Assembly (NCBI GenBank): GCA_965247095.1
Contig: OZ251997.1
Location: forward strand, 1,984,001 to 2,048,000
DNA length: 64,000 bases
Direction: 5' to 3'
Origin: Candidatus Multivorans sp.
GTDB taxonomy: Bacteria; Acidobacteriota; Thermoanaerobaculia; Multivoradales; Multivoraceae
Below, piece by piece: positions 18,647 to 29,217 of the stretch. Numbering within the stretch: the first letter of the stretch is position 1; each line of letters opens with the position of its first letter. The notes beneath the pieces were generated by a model, which saw nothing but the letters and a program-made list of their open reading frames with translations, was not told the origin of the DNA and ran no database searches. The position numbers and the translations under genes were made by a program.

Positions 18647-20110
18647 ATGACGACCCTCGACAGCACTGTCGACTACGACGTTCTGATTCCGAACAACGTC
18701 GCCCTCGCGTCGGACGCCCGCGTCCGCCGCGGCCTCGAGCGCTGGCATCCCGGCTACATCGACTGGTGGATGGACATGGGGCCCGACGGCTTCCAGACCT
18801 CCAACGTCTACCTGCGGACCGCGGTTCGGGTCGAGTCGAAGGGCAGCGACAAGTGGGCGGTGTTCGACTACGTGAAGATGCCCGAGTACCGCTGGGGCAT
18901 CCTGCTGGCGCCCCAGGCCGAAGAGCGGAAGATCCCCTTTGGCCGGCACTGCGGCGAACCGGCCTGGCAGGAGATCCCGGGCGAATACCGGGCCATGCTG
19001 CGGCGCCTGATCGTGATTCAGGGCGACACCGAGCCGGCATCCGTCGAGCAGCAGCGCTACCTGGGCAAGACGGCGCCCTCGCTCTACGACATGCGGAACC
19101 TGTTCCAGGTCAACGTCGAAGAGGGCCGGCACCTCTGGGCGATGGTCTACCTGCTGCAGAAGTACTTCGGCCGCGACGGCCGGGAGGAGGCTGGCGAACT
19201 GCTGCGCCGGCGCTCCGGCTCGGACGATGCCCCGCGCATGCTCGGCGCCTTCAACGAGGAGACGCCGGACTGGCTCTCCTTCTTCCTGTTCACCTTCTTC
19301 ACCGACCGCGACGGCAGGATGCAGCTTGAGTCACTCGCCCAGTCCGGCTTCGACCCGCTTTCCCGCACCTGCCGTTTCATGCTCACCGAGGAGGCGTTCC
19401 ACATGTTCGTCGGTGAGACCGGCGTCACCCGCATCTTGCAGCGCACCTGCGAGGCGATGACGGAGGCCGGCATCGACGACCCGACCGATATCGAGGCGGT
19501 GCGGGCCCTGGGCGTGATCGACCTGCCCACGATCCAGAAGAAGGTGAACCTGCACTACTCGCTCACCCTCGACCTCTTCGGCTCCGAGCTTTCGACCAAC
19601 TCCGCCAACTTCTTCAACGCCGGCCTCAAGGGCCGCTTCCGCGAGCACCGGCTGGAGGACGATCACCGGCTGCACGAAGACACCTACGGCATCCCTGAAC
19701 CGGGGAATGGCGACTGGACCGTCGCCCAGCATCCGGCGCTCAACGCGCTCAACGCGCGCCTGCGAGACGACTTCACCGACGACTGCAACCTCGGCGTCGG
19801 GCGATGGAACAAGGCGATCAGCCAGTCCGGAGTCGACTACGAGATCAAGCTGCCCCACGTCGCCTTCCACCGCCAGATCGGGGTCTACCGCGACCTGCAC
19901 ACGACGCCCGAGGGCGAGCTCGTGACCGAGGACGAGTGGGAAGGGCGCCGCGGCGACTGGCTTCCCGACAACAGCGACCGCGCCTTCATCGAATCGCTGA
20001 TGAAGGCCGAGTTCCGGCCCGGCCGCTACGCCTCCTGGATCGCGGAACCGAGGATCCGGATCAACCACAAGCCCGGCGACTTCGAGTGGGTCAAGCTGGC
20101 TGAGGCGTAG
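18647..20110 (+). CDS. boxB: benzoyl-CoA 2,3-epoxidase subunit BoxB
   Basis: IPNNV, QGDTEPASVEQQ, di-iron motifs VEEGRH and EEAFH, TDRDG. Confidence 0.94.
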   Translation: MTTLDSTVDYDVLIPNNVALASDARVRRGLERWHPGYIDWWMDMGPDGFQTSNVYLRTAVRVESKGSDKWAVFDYVKMPEYRWGILLAPQAEERKIPFGRHCGEPAWQEIPGEYRAMLRRLIVIQGDTEPASVEQQRYLGKTAPSLYDMRNLFQVNVEEGRHLWAMVYLLQKYFGRDGREEAGELLRRRSGSDDAPRMLGAFNEETPDWLSFFLFTFFTDRDGRMQLESLAQSGFDPLSRTCRFMLTEEAFHMFVGETGVTRILQRTCEAMTEAGIDDPTDIEAVRALGVIDLPTIQKKVNLHYSLTLDLFGSELSTNSANFFNAGLKGRFREHRLEDDHRLHEDTYGIPEPGNGDWTVAQHPALNALNARLRDDFTDDCNLGVGRWNKAISQSGVDYEIKLPHVAFHRQIGVYRDLHTTPEGELVTEDEWEGRRGDWLPDNSDRAFIESLMKAEFRPGRYASWIAEPRIRINHKPGDFEWVKLAEA

Positions 20111-20173
20111 CAGGTCGCGCCGCCGGCGCTGACCACGGCGTCCCGATCTACCGCCTGCAGGCGTCCGCGAACC

Positions 20174-20198
20174 CGGCTGGCGCTCCGGGCGCCAGCCG
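20174..20198. terminator. GC-rich hairpin between convergent genes
   Basis: CGGCTGGCGC-TCCGG-GCGCCAGCCG, a perfect 10-bp stem with no U-tail. Confidence 0.45.
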
Positions 20199-21466
20199 CG
20201 AACCATGCGTGCGCCCGTCAGCGGGCGCACGCACGAAACGCGGTGCTGTCGGTGATCGCCGGCGCCGGCACACCGGGCTCGTGCCCGTACACGCTGGCCC
20301 GACCCGTCACCGTGTCCGTCACCGCAATCCGGTAGCCGAGGTCCGTCGTCGCCGCGCCGAAGACCCAGAAGTGTCCGTTCGTCGAACAGCCATCCAGCAC
20401 CTTGACCAGGATCTCCCAGTTGCTGAGATCGAAGAACCAGAACAGAGCGGAGTCGTTCGTTCCCGCATGAGCCACCCGGGCGGACCCGCTCCGACCGTCC
20501 CTCCCCCACCACGCAGCCCGCACTTCGTACCGGGAATCCTGCAGGCAGCGCGTTTCCGCATCCGGCTTGCAGGTGCCGGCCGGGTCGCTCGCCTCGACCA
20601 GCACGTCATGGAACGCGGTTGACGACGTCTCGCCGTCCGACACGGTCAACGAGACGCGGTAGAAGCCGGGGACAGCCCAGTCGTGCCGGGGCCGCTCGGC
20701 CGACGATGTCGCGCCGTCGCCGAAGTCCCAGTGTCGAGTCGTCACTGTGCCCGTGCTGGTGTCGGTGAAGGCGACTTCAACTCCCGTCCGTTCGCGGTAG
20801 AGGCCATCCTCACACTTCGCCCCCGTCGTGAAGCCGGCCGTCGGCGGTCCGCTGGACGGCGGCTCCTGGCCGGAAGGCTGGATCCTCAGACAGGTGTCAC
20901 TGCCGCGCACCTTCCGGTTGGGGTCGTCATGGACGGCCATGTGGTTCAGGACGGCATCCGTCACTCCGTCGACCAACCGTATTGCGCCGCCATTCAGGCG
21001 AAGCGCATTGGCGGAAATGCTCACGCCGTCCTCATCCCGGTCACCCGGTTGCACCGTGTAGCCAAAAGAAAGCGCTGGAGACGGTTGCGGACCGGGGAAG
21101 TACGTCGCAAGCCTTGTCGCGCCACCGATGGTCAGCGCCACCTGCGGTCCACCTTCCACGGTCACGGCCTTGTCGAAGTGAAAGACCAGTTGGATGTCCT
21201 CGCCGAGTTCGTAGGTGGAACCCTGCAAGGGGTAGCCGCTGAAGGAGAGGCTGCTCACCTTCGGCGGTGTGTACCGGCCGCCATCGACCTTGCGGCTGGG
21301 GTCGGGGGCTATCCCGGCGTGTGTCAGCAGCGCGTCGACCGACCGGTCGACAGCCGCCACGATAACTCCGTCGTCGCCGAGGCGAAACGCATTGGCCGGA
21401 ACGCTGATTCCGTCGGCGTCCCGATCACCAGTCACTACCATGTACTCGAAGTACTGGGTATAGAAC

Positions 21467-22742
21467 CAGTGCTGTCCCACAAACGGAGGGTCAGGATGGG
21501 TCTGAATCGTGCCCTGTCGTATGATTGGTTTTCACACAAAGCCAATGACGGCAAGGAGATCCAGACCCATGGCGCACAATGGTACCGTACTCGGTCAGTT
21601 CCTCAAGCTGGTGTCGAGACATGAGTTCGAGCGGGAGGCGGGAAGGCACCACAGGGGACGCAAGCTGCGCTCGATGAGCCGCTGGAGCCAGTTCGTAGCG
21701 ATGGCGACGGCCCAGCTTTCCGGGCGGTGCAGCCTGCGCGACATCGTGTCGAACCTGGACGCGCAGGCTCACAAGCTCTACCACCTTGGCGTGGGCCGGG
21801 TGGCCCGGTCGTCGCTGGCGCGCGTCAACGAGAAGCAGCCCTCCGGTCTCTACGAGGCGTTGTTCGGTCGTTTGCTGGCGCGATGCCGTACGACGGCGCC
21901 GGGGCACGGGTTCCGGTTCCACAACAAGCTGTTCTCGCTGGATGCGACGTACGTGGACCTGTGCCTGGAGCTGTTTCCGTGGGCGCAGTACCGCACGACG
22001 AAGGGGGCGCTGAAGCTCCACGTGGGGCTGGACCACGAAGGCTTTCTGCCGGCGTTCCTGCAAGTCACGGACGGCAAGGGGTCGGACGTTGAGGTGGCGC
22101 GGTCCCTTCGTCTGCCGAAGGGAAGCATCGTCGCTGCGGACCGGCTGTACCTCGACTTCGAGTGGCTGAAATCCCTTGATGCACAAGGGGTTTTCCTGGT
22201 CACTCGGCTGAAGCGCAAGATCAAGTACGCGGTTCGAGAGCGGCGGTCGTTCGCGCCTGGGACGGGCGTGACCTCGGACCAGATCATTGAGTTGACCAGC
22301 GTCAGAGGCCGCGCCCGGTGTCCGATTCCGCTGCGTCGAGTCGGCTATCGCGACCCCGACACGAAGAAGTTCTACGCGTTCCTCACCAACAACTTCAGGC
22401 TCGCTCCGAAGACCATCGCGGCCATCTACAAGCAGCGTTGGCAGATCGAGACCTTCTTCAAGTGGATCAAGCAGAACCTGCGCATCAAGAGCTTCGTCGG
22501 CACTTCGCGCAATGCCGTCATGACCCAGATCTGGATCGCCATGTGCGTGCATCTCCTGCTCGCCTACCTGAAGTTCGTCAACAAGATGTCCTGGACCATG
22601 AGCGAAATCCTGCGCCTCCTGCAACTCAACCTGTTCGCGCGAAGACCGCTCCTGGACCTGTTCGAACCCCGGAACGGACCCCCTGATCCCAGAAACGCAC
22701 AGACTCAACTCGCACTGCGCTGAAGTTTGTGGGACAGCACTG
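21467..22742 (+). mobile_element. IS4-family insertion sequence
   Basis: Perfect 18-bp IRs CAGTGCTGTCCCACAAAC / GTTTGTGGGACAGCACTG. 9-bp TSD GTATAGAAC at 21458-21466 and 22743-22751. Confidence 0.95.
21569..22723 (+). CDS. IS4-family transposase (DUF4372 + DDE_Tnp_1)
   Basis: Motifs SLDATYV, KLHVGLD, AADRLY and YKQRWQIETFFKWIKQ (YREK-type). Confidence 0.93.
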   Translation: MAHNGTVLGQFLKLVSRHEFEREAGRHHRGRKLRSMSRWSQFVAMATAQLSGRCSLRDIVSNLDAQAHKLYHLGVGRVARSSLARVNEKQPSGLYEALFGRLLARCRTTAPGHGFRFHNKLFSLDATYVDLCLELFPWAQYRTTKGALKLHVGLDHEGFLPAFLQVTDGKGSDVEVARSLRLPKGSIVAADRLYLDFEWLKSLDAQGVFLVTRLKRKIKYAVRERRSFAPGTGVTSDQIIELTSVRGRARCPIPLRRVGYRDPDTKKFYAFLTNNFRLAPKTIAAIYKQRWQIETFFKWIKQNLRIKSFVGTSRNAVMTQIWIAMCVHLLLAYLKFVNKMSWTMSEILRLLQLNLFARRPLLDLFEPRNGPPDPRNAQTQLALR

Positions 22743-23497
22743 GTATAGAACCCACAAGGGGGGCATCGCGGAATGTCGTATCGCGGGGAGTAGTCCGCGA
22801 ATCTGGTCTGACGGCCGATAGCCAGGGCCAAGCGTACGCCCGGGGACGCGACCACAGTCCTGTTGAACTCGACCGCAAGCCGAATCTGCTCGCCGAACTC
22901 GTAGGTGTCGCCATTCCCGGGCGAGCTTTCGAAGGAAATGCTGCGTACTTCCGGCGCCGTGAAGCGACCGCCGTCGACCCTGTGGGTTGCGCTGTCACCT
23001 AGGCCGACATTGGTCAGCACCGCATCGATGACGCCCTCAGGCGACGCCCTGATGGACCCACCGTTGAGTCGAATGCCGTCGGCCGGAATGCCGATCCCGT
23101 TCGTATCCTGGTCTGCGGCCTGCACCATGTAGCGGAAAGACAACTTATTCGTCCAGATAATGTTGTGAGAGTAGGTGGCCCACCTGGTCTGATCGCCGAC
23201 GATCAGCGCCAGTTGCGGACTGCCGGTAACCTTACACGCGCGCGGTGAAGTCGACCGCCACTTCGACCGTCTCGCCGCGTTCGTAAGTACCATTGACTTC
23301 CGGGTAGCTGCGGAATGAGATGCTGCTCACCATCGGCGGCTCGTCCCCGGCCGAAGTCGGAAGCCGGAGCGCATCCTGAGCGGCCGCCGATGCGCCGCCA
23401 GCCAAGCCGCCCAGCACCAAGGCGCAGGCAACCAGCCCTTCGACGAACTTGGCTGCTTGAGTCATCGACGACTCCAGGGTAGGCCTTCGGAGGCCCA

Positions 23498-24118
23498 CTA
23501 AGGATACAGCCTGCCCGCCTGCCAGGAATCAGCATCCCGCTGGTAGAAGGTCCGGTCGTGCAACCGGTGTTCGCGGGCGACCCAGAACTCGAACCGCCGG
23601 GGCACCACCCGGAGGCCCGTCCAGTGCCGCGGCCGCGGCACGTCGCGGCCTTCGAAGCGCTGCTTCACGTGCTCGAAGTCGGCGAGAAGCTGCTCGCGGC
23701 TTTCGAGCCGGCGGCTCTGCTGGGAGGCCCAGGCGCCGAGCTGGCTGTTCCGGCTGCGGGTCGCGAAGTATGCGTCTGCCTCGGCGTCGCCTACCAGTTC
23801 GGCACAGCCGAAGATCGACACCTGCTCCTTCGGCTCGCGCCAGAAGAAGTTCAGGCTCACGTCCGGCCGAGCCAGGATCTCCCTGCCCTTTCGGCTCTCG
23901 AGATTGGTGTAGAAGACGAAGCCCTCGCGGTCGAAGTGCTTAAGCAGCACGACACGCGACGACGGGCGGCCTGAAGCGTCGGCGCTTGATACGACCATCG
24001 CGTTCGGCTCGGCAATGCCGGTCGCCGCAGCCCGCTCGTAGAGGTCGCGGAATCGTTCGAGCGGGTCGTGCCCACCGAGTGCGCCGGCCTTCTGGCCGGC
24101 ATCAGGTGCTGCAGTCAC
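23498..24118 (-). CDS. pdxH: pyridoxamine 5'-phosphate oxidase
   Basis: Motifs PSSRVVLLK, FYTNLESRKG, SQLGAWASQQS and EFWVAREHRLHDR. Confidence 0.93.
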   Translation of the reverse strand: MTAAPDAGQKAGALGGHDPLERFRDLYERAAATGIAEPNAMVVSSADASGRPSSRVVLLKHFDREGFVFYTNLESRKGREILARPDVSLNFFWREPKEQVSIFGCAELVGDAEADAYFATRSRNSQLGAWASQQSRRLESREQLLADFEHVKQRFEGRDVPRPRHWTGLRVVPRRFEFWVAREHRLHDRTFYQRDADSWQAGRLYP

Positions 24119-24164
24119 GACTGCACTCTGACCGATCCGGCGCCGGGAGCCAACAAGCGCCTGC

Positions 24165-25199
24165 TCAGATGCGTGGCAGGACCTCGTCCGTGAACAGCAC
24201 GAACGAGCTGTGACTGAGCGGAGCGCAAAGAAGATAGTCGAGGTGGATCTCCTCCTTGAGGCGCGTGATCTCGTCGACCAGTCCGTCCGGAGTGCCGTAC
24301 AGGATCACTCCGTTCAGGTAGCGGTCGACTGCCGACTCGTCGACCCTGTCGATGAACACCTCGTCCATCGACAGTTCTCCAAGCTCCCGGTTGAGCTTGC
24401 TCTCGACCCGGGCCGCGCGCACGCCCTTCTTCTGGTGCGAACCGACGGTCCATTCGGCGCCCTGCCGCGCGATCCGCTCCGCTTCGGCGCGGGTCGGCGC
24501 GCAGGCGATCAGGCGCGCCATCGGGATCTCCCGGCCCTCGATCGCGTGTCCGTGCCGGTCCAGGATCTGGCGGTAGAGTTCCCGCTTCTCGCCGATCCGG
24601 CTGTGCGTCGAGTGGGGGTCGAGCATGATTGAGAAGCCGTTCTCGGCCGCCCAGGTCATCGACTCCGGCGACGACGAAGCCAGCCACACGGGCGGATGCG
24701 GCTTCTGCGCCGGCTTCGGCAGCACCTCAACGTCGTGGCAGCGAAAGTGCTCGCCTTCGAAAGTAAAACGTTCCTCGGTCCAGGCGCCGATCACCGCCTG
24801 CACGTGCTCGCGGAAGACCTCGTAGCTCTGCTGCGGATCGACACCGAAAGCTCTGAACTCGCCTTCCTGGTAGCCGCGGCCGACACCCCAGTTGACCCGG
24901 CCGTTCGACAGCACGTCGAGCAACGCGACCTCTTCCGCCAACCGCAGCGGGTTGTAGAAGGGCGCCAGGGAAACACCGGTGCCGATGCGGAGGTTCTTCG
25001 TCCTCGCGGCGACGTGCGTGCCCATGATGTGGATCGACGGGCAGATGCTGAACGAGCTGAAGTGGTGCTCCGCAAGCCACACCGCGTCGTAGCCGTTCTG
25101 GTCCATGATGTCGATGCGCTGGAACGCACGGTGGTAGACGTCTTCCAGCGCGATACGCCGGTCGGGCCACGAGAAGAACTGGAGGACCGCGACCTTCAT
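24165..25199 (-). CDS. LLM-class (luciferase-like) flavin-dependent oxidoreductase
   Basis: Motifs WLAEHHF, NPLRLAEEVALLDVLSNGR, GVGRGY and PKPAQKPHPP. Confidence 0.92.
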   Translation of the reverse strand: MKVAVLQFFSWPDRRIALEDVYHRAFQRIDIMDQNGYDAVWLAEHHFSSFSICPSIHIMGTHVAARTKNLRIGTGVSLAPFYNPLRLAEEVALLDVLSNGRVNWGVGRGYQEGEFRAFGVDPQQSYEVFREHVQAVIGAWTEERFTFEGEHFRCHDVEVLPKPAQKPHPPVWLASSSPESMTWAAENGFSIMLDPHSTHSRIGEKRELYRQILDRHGHAIEGREIPMARLIACAPTRAEAERIARQGAEWTVGSHQKKGVRAARVESKLNRELGELSMDEVFIDRVDESAVDRYLNGVILYGTPDGLVDEITRLKEEIHLDYLLCAPLSHSSFVLFTDEVLPRI

Positions 25200-25232
25200 C
25201 GGCCGGCTATCGTCTCACAGATCGGCGAACGA

Positions 25233-25544
25233 CTATTTCGGCCGCCGCTTGTAAACGTAGGACAACCCCTCCTCGGCGAACGCCCGGCAGGCTTTGTCCT
25301 TGAACTCGACCGCCTTGTCCCACTCCTCGATGTCGTAATAGTCGCGCTCGGCGACAACCCGGATTTCGCGTACCGTCCGCTCGTCGAGGTCGAGCCGTTC
25401 GGCGATCTCGCGATCGGACAGTCCGCGGCGCCGCTTCTCTCTCGGCAGGTGCTCGTGGATGTCGACCTGGATCGAGTTCGACAACTCCAGGATCTCCTCC
25501 CGGTGCCGGCGGTAGGTCTCCGGATCGATGAAGAAGAAAGCCAT
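25233..25544 (-). CDS. small hypothetical protein with HTH-like segment
   Basis: GLSDREIAERLDLDERTVREIR. Lies 18 nt downstream of the Fe-S gene, with GAGGTG RBS-like sequence upstream. Confidence 0.75.
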   Translation of the reverse strand: MAFFFIDPETYRRHREEILELSNSIQVDIHEHLPREKRRRGLSDREIAERLDLDERTVREIRVVAERDYYDIEEWDKAVEFKDKACRAFAEEGLSYVYKRRPK

Positions 25545-25562
25545 CGTCTACACCTCGCTCGC

Positions 25563-26447
25563 CTATGCCTTCTGCCGATGCTCGGCGCCGACCGGACACA
25601 CACGCATGCATTCCCAGCACTGCCCCTGGCTCTGGGCGGCATAGGTCATCGACCACAGGGTCTTCGTAAAATGGCTGGAGTAAAGGACCATCTTGCGGGC
25701 TTCGGGATCGTCCTGGTCGAGGGCCAGTTCGAGCCCCTTCTGAAACCCTGGAATCCAGTGCGTGTAAACCCGGGAAGTGCAGCGCGCCGCGTCGTACCGG
25801 CGCTCGACGAGCCGGCCGTTCTCGATCCGCCCGTCGAGGCAGCCGCCGTCGCCGAGTGGGCAGACCTTGGTGCATGGAGTGGCGCCCTCCGCTTCCCACA
25901 TCTCGACGCAGGCCGGCGCCGGGCAGGCCGGTTCGGCCGGTTGGGGCGTGACCGGAAAGGGGTACGTGGTGATGATCGCCGAGTAGAAGAGCAGGCCGTA
26001 CTCCGGGTGCAGCACCGGCCCGGCCAGGCTGCGGGAGCCGCAACCGGCGAGTTCCGCCGCCAGCGCCACGCTCAAGAAAGGCTGGTTGCCGCGACGAACT
26101 CCAGGCGGCACGAACAGCGCGTAGTAGCCGAACTCCGCCTCGATGAACTTCGCCGTCTTGAGGCCGAGGGAGTTGATCCGGTCGCTGGTGCCCATCGTCT
26201 CCAGGTGCTCGTGGACCGGGCTCGCCCAGTCGGCGGCCCGCGGCGGACTGCCGCCGACAACCACGACCCGGCGGGCGCCGGGCAGCAGGTCACCGGGCCG
26301 GAAGCCCTCCGGCGCCTCGTCGAACGCCTCGGCATCGGCGACCCCCCAGGCCAGCGCGCCGCCCCGCCCGGCCATCGCCGCAAGGCGGTTCAGGGCCGCC
26401 GCGGCTTCGTCCGCCGTCGGCTTGGGGGCCACCCTCGAGACCGTCAC
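25563..26447 (-). CDS. QueG/reductive-dehalogenase-like Fe-S protein, paralogue 2
   Basis: PEGFRPGDLLPGARRVVV, AAELAGCG...LHPEYG, CPAPAC-x11-CTKVCP-x5-C, RCTSR and CWECMRVCP. GTGA overlap with paralogue 1. Confidence 0.78.
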   Translation of the reverse strand: MTVSRVAPKPTADEAAAALNRLAAMAGRGGALAWGVADAEAFDEAPEGFRPGDLLPGARRVVVVGGSPPRAADWASPVHEHLETMGTSDRINSLGLKTAKFIEAEFGYYALFVPPGVRRGNQPFLSVALAAELAGCGSRSLAGPVLHPEYGLLFYSAIITTYPFPVTPQPAEPACPAPACVEMWEAEGATPCTKVCPLGDGGCLDGRIENGRLVERRYDAARCTSRVYTHWIPGFQKGLELALDQDDPEARKMVLYSSHFTKTLWSMTYAAQSQGQCWECMRVCPVGAEHRQKA

Positions 26448-27307
26448 TGGAGACGCCTCTCGCCCATGCCGACCGGACACACCCGCATGCACTCGAAGCA
26501 CTGCGCCACGCTCTCCTTGTAGTAGCTGAGCGACGACAGCGACTGGGTGAAGAAGTCCGAATAGATCATCGAACGGCGCCGTTCCCGGTCCTCCTCCGTG
26601 GTGATCTGCACCAGGGACTTCTGGATTGAACCGATGCCGAAGTTCATCGCCCGGGAAGTGCAGCGCTCGCGGTCGTAGTACGAATAGCTGATCCGGCCGT
26701 TCTCGTCGATCGCGCCGTCGAGACAGCCGCCGTCGTCCTTCGGGCACGCCGCGAGGCACGGCGTCGTCCCCAGCTTCTCCATCATCTGGATGCAGGGCTT
26801 GGAGGGGCAAACGTCCTCCTCCAGGGGATGGTCCGGTTCGAGGTCCAGCGTCGTGACCAGGGCGGCGTAGTACAGAAGGCCGTAGCGGGGATGGAGGATG
26901 ATGTTCGCCGCCAGCGACCGGGTGCCGAGTCCCGCGAGCACCGCGGCCAGCATCATGCTCATCGGCGGGTTGTGCCCGGCGGTGGGCAGGGACGGCGCCT
27001 GCAGTGCACGGTGGCCGTGCTCGCGCTCGATGTAGTCGCACATGACGTGGATCGCGACGTTCTCCCGGAAGTCGTAGCCCGTGATCTCCATCACCCGGTG
27101 ATCGGGACTGCGCCAGGCGCCCGCCGTCGGTCCCTGGTTGCCGGCGACGACGACGCTCCGGGCGCCGGGCAGCACGTCCTCGGGCCGATGCCCCTCCGGC
27201 ACGAACTCGTTGAAGGCGCTCGCCGCCGCCACGCCGACCACGAGGGCCCCGGCACCGGCGCCCACATCGTGCACTGCCGCCGTTCTCTGCTGTCGCGCAT
27301 CCGCCAT
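26444..27307 (-). CDS. QueG/reductive-dehalogenase-like Fe-S protein, paralogue 1
   Basis: PEGHRPEDVLPGARSVVV, AAVLAGLG...LHPRYG...VTTLDLEPD, CPSKPC-x11-CLAACP-x5-C, RCTSR and CFECMRVCP. Confidence 0.8.
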   Translation of the reverse strand: MADARQQRTAAVHDVGAGAGALVVGVAAASAFNEFVPEGHRPEDVLPGARSVVVAGNQGPTAGAWRSPDHRVMEITGYDFRENVAIHVMCDYIEREHGHRALQAPSLPTAGHNPPMSMMLAAVLAGLGTRSLAANIILHPRYGLLYYAALVTTLDLEPDHPLEEDVCPSKPCIQMMEKLGTTPCLAACPKDDGGCLDGAIDENGRISYSYYDRERCTSRAMNFGIGSIQKSLVQITTEEDRERRRSMIYSDFFTQSLSSLSYYKESVAQCFECMRVCPVGMGERRLQ

Positions 27308-27335
27308 CGGGGATCGCTCCGGTAGTCTGCTGTCA

Positions 27336-28070
27336 GTGAACTTGGGGGACGATAGCACCGGCGCGCCGGGAGCGGCTGAAACCTCCAACCCGTGGCAGGA
27401 ACGGAAGGACCGCGGTCTTGCGGCAGCTCTGTTCGCATCGCTGGGCCTCCTCGCCACCTCTCCCCGGAAGTTCTTTGAGGGGACCCGGGTCGATGCAGGG
27501 ATTTGGGGTCCGCTGCTGTTCGCCGGTCTAGTGACCGCGCTATCGGCCCTGCTGAACGTCCTGATCCTCGCGATCCTCGCCGTGACGCTGCCCGAGCCGG
27601 CGCTCGATCTGGTTCACCGCATGGAAATCTGGGGCGACCCCATTGGTTTTGGATCCGCCCCAGACGGAACGGGTCTTTCGGCCAACCTACGCGCCTTCCT
27701 TGGACTTCAGGCGACGCTGCTCCTCCTGCCCGTCATCTTCGTGTTCTCGCTGGCCAGCGTGCTGATCAGCGGCGGCGTCGGCCACGTCCTGCTGGTCCTC
27801 ACCCGCACGCCGAGGCCACGTGGGTTCCGGGGCACCCTTACCGCGGCCTGCTACGCAAACAGCGCCGCCCTCCTGGCCGCCCTCCCCCTGGCCGGCGACA
27901 TTCTCAGCGGCCTCGGCACCGCGGTGCTGTTCGCGCTCGGCCTTTACGTCCTGCAGGGAGCCACAGCCGTCAGAGCGGCCGTGGTCGCCACGATCCTGGC
28001 ATTGCTGCTGACCCTGCTGGCGCTGTCGACTCTGTTGCTCCTTAGCGGCATCGACGGCTCGACCTTCTGA
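27336..28070 (+). CDS. YIP1-family-like membrane protein
   Basis: NPWQER...SPRKFF...GPLLFA and about 5 TM helices; GFRGTLTAACYA. Confidence 0.7.
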   Translation: MNLGDDSTGAPGAAETSNPWQERKDRGLAAALFASLGLLATSPRKFFEGTRVDAGIWGPLLFAGLVTALSALLNVLILAILAVTLPEPALDLVHRMEIWGDPIGFGSAPDGTGLSANLRAFLGLQATLLLLPVIFVFSLASVLISGGVGHVLLVLTRTPRPRGFRGTLTAACYANSAALLAALPLAGDILSGLGTAVLFALGLYVLQGATAVRAAVVATILALLLTLLALSTLLLLSGIDGSTF

Positions 28071-28179
28071 CGTACGACCCGCGGTCGGTGCCGTCCCGCG
28101 GTGCAGACTCTTAGTAGAGTCGGGCGCCCGTGGCGGCCCCGAGCCAGGGCCTCGCACGAAGACTCGCCTCAACGCCGCC

Positions 28180-29216
<1,037 letters not shown>

Positions 29217-29217
<1 letters not shown>

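Larger units (their letters stand above)
20218..23465 (-). pseudogene. secreted surface protein (3 tandem ~115-aa beta-rich repeats, PKD domain, lineage-typical C-terminal domain), inactivated by a frameshift and an IS4 insertion
   Basis: Signal peptide at ATG 23465. An extra base near 23234 gives FTARV* instead of FTARVKVTG. Removing the IS and one TSD copy restores RCPPCGFYTQYFEY in frame. PKD motif WDFGDG...PGFYRVSLTVSD. Confidence 0.85.

Noticed and set aside
25563-27307. Calling these genes queG or rdhA outright
   Set aside because: Cys spacing differs, there is no Tat signal or RdhB, and the QueG-specific motifs were not recognisable.
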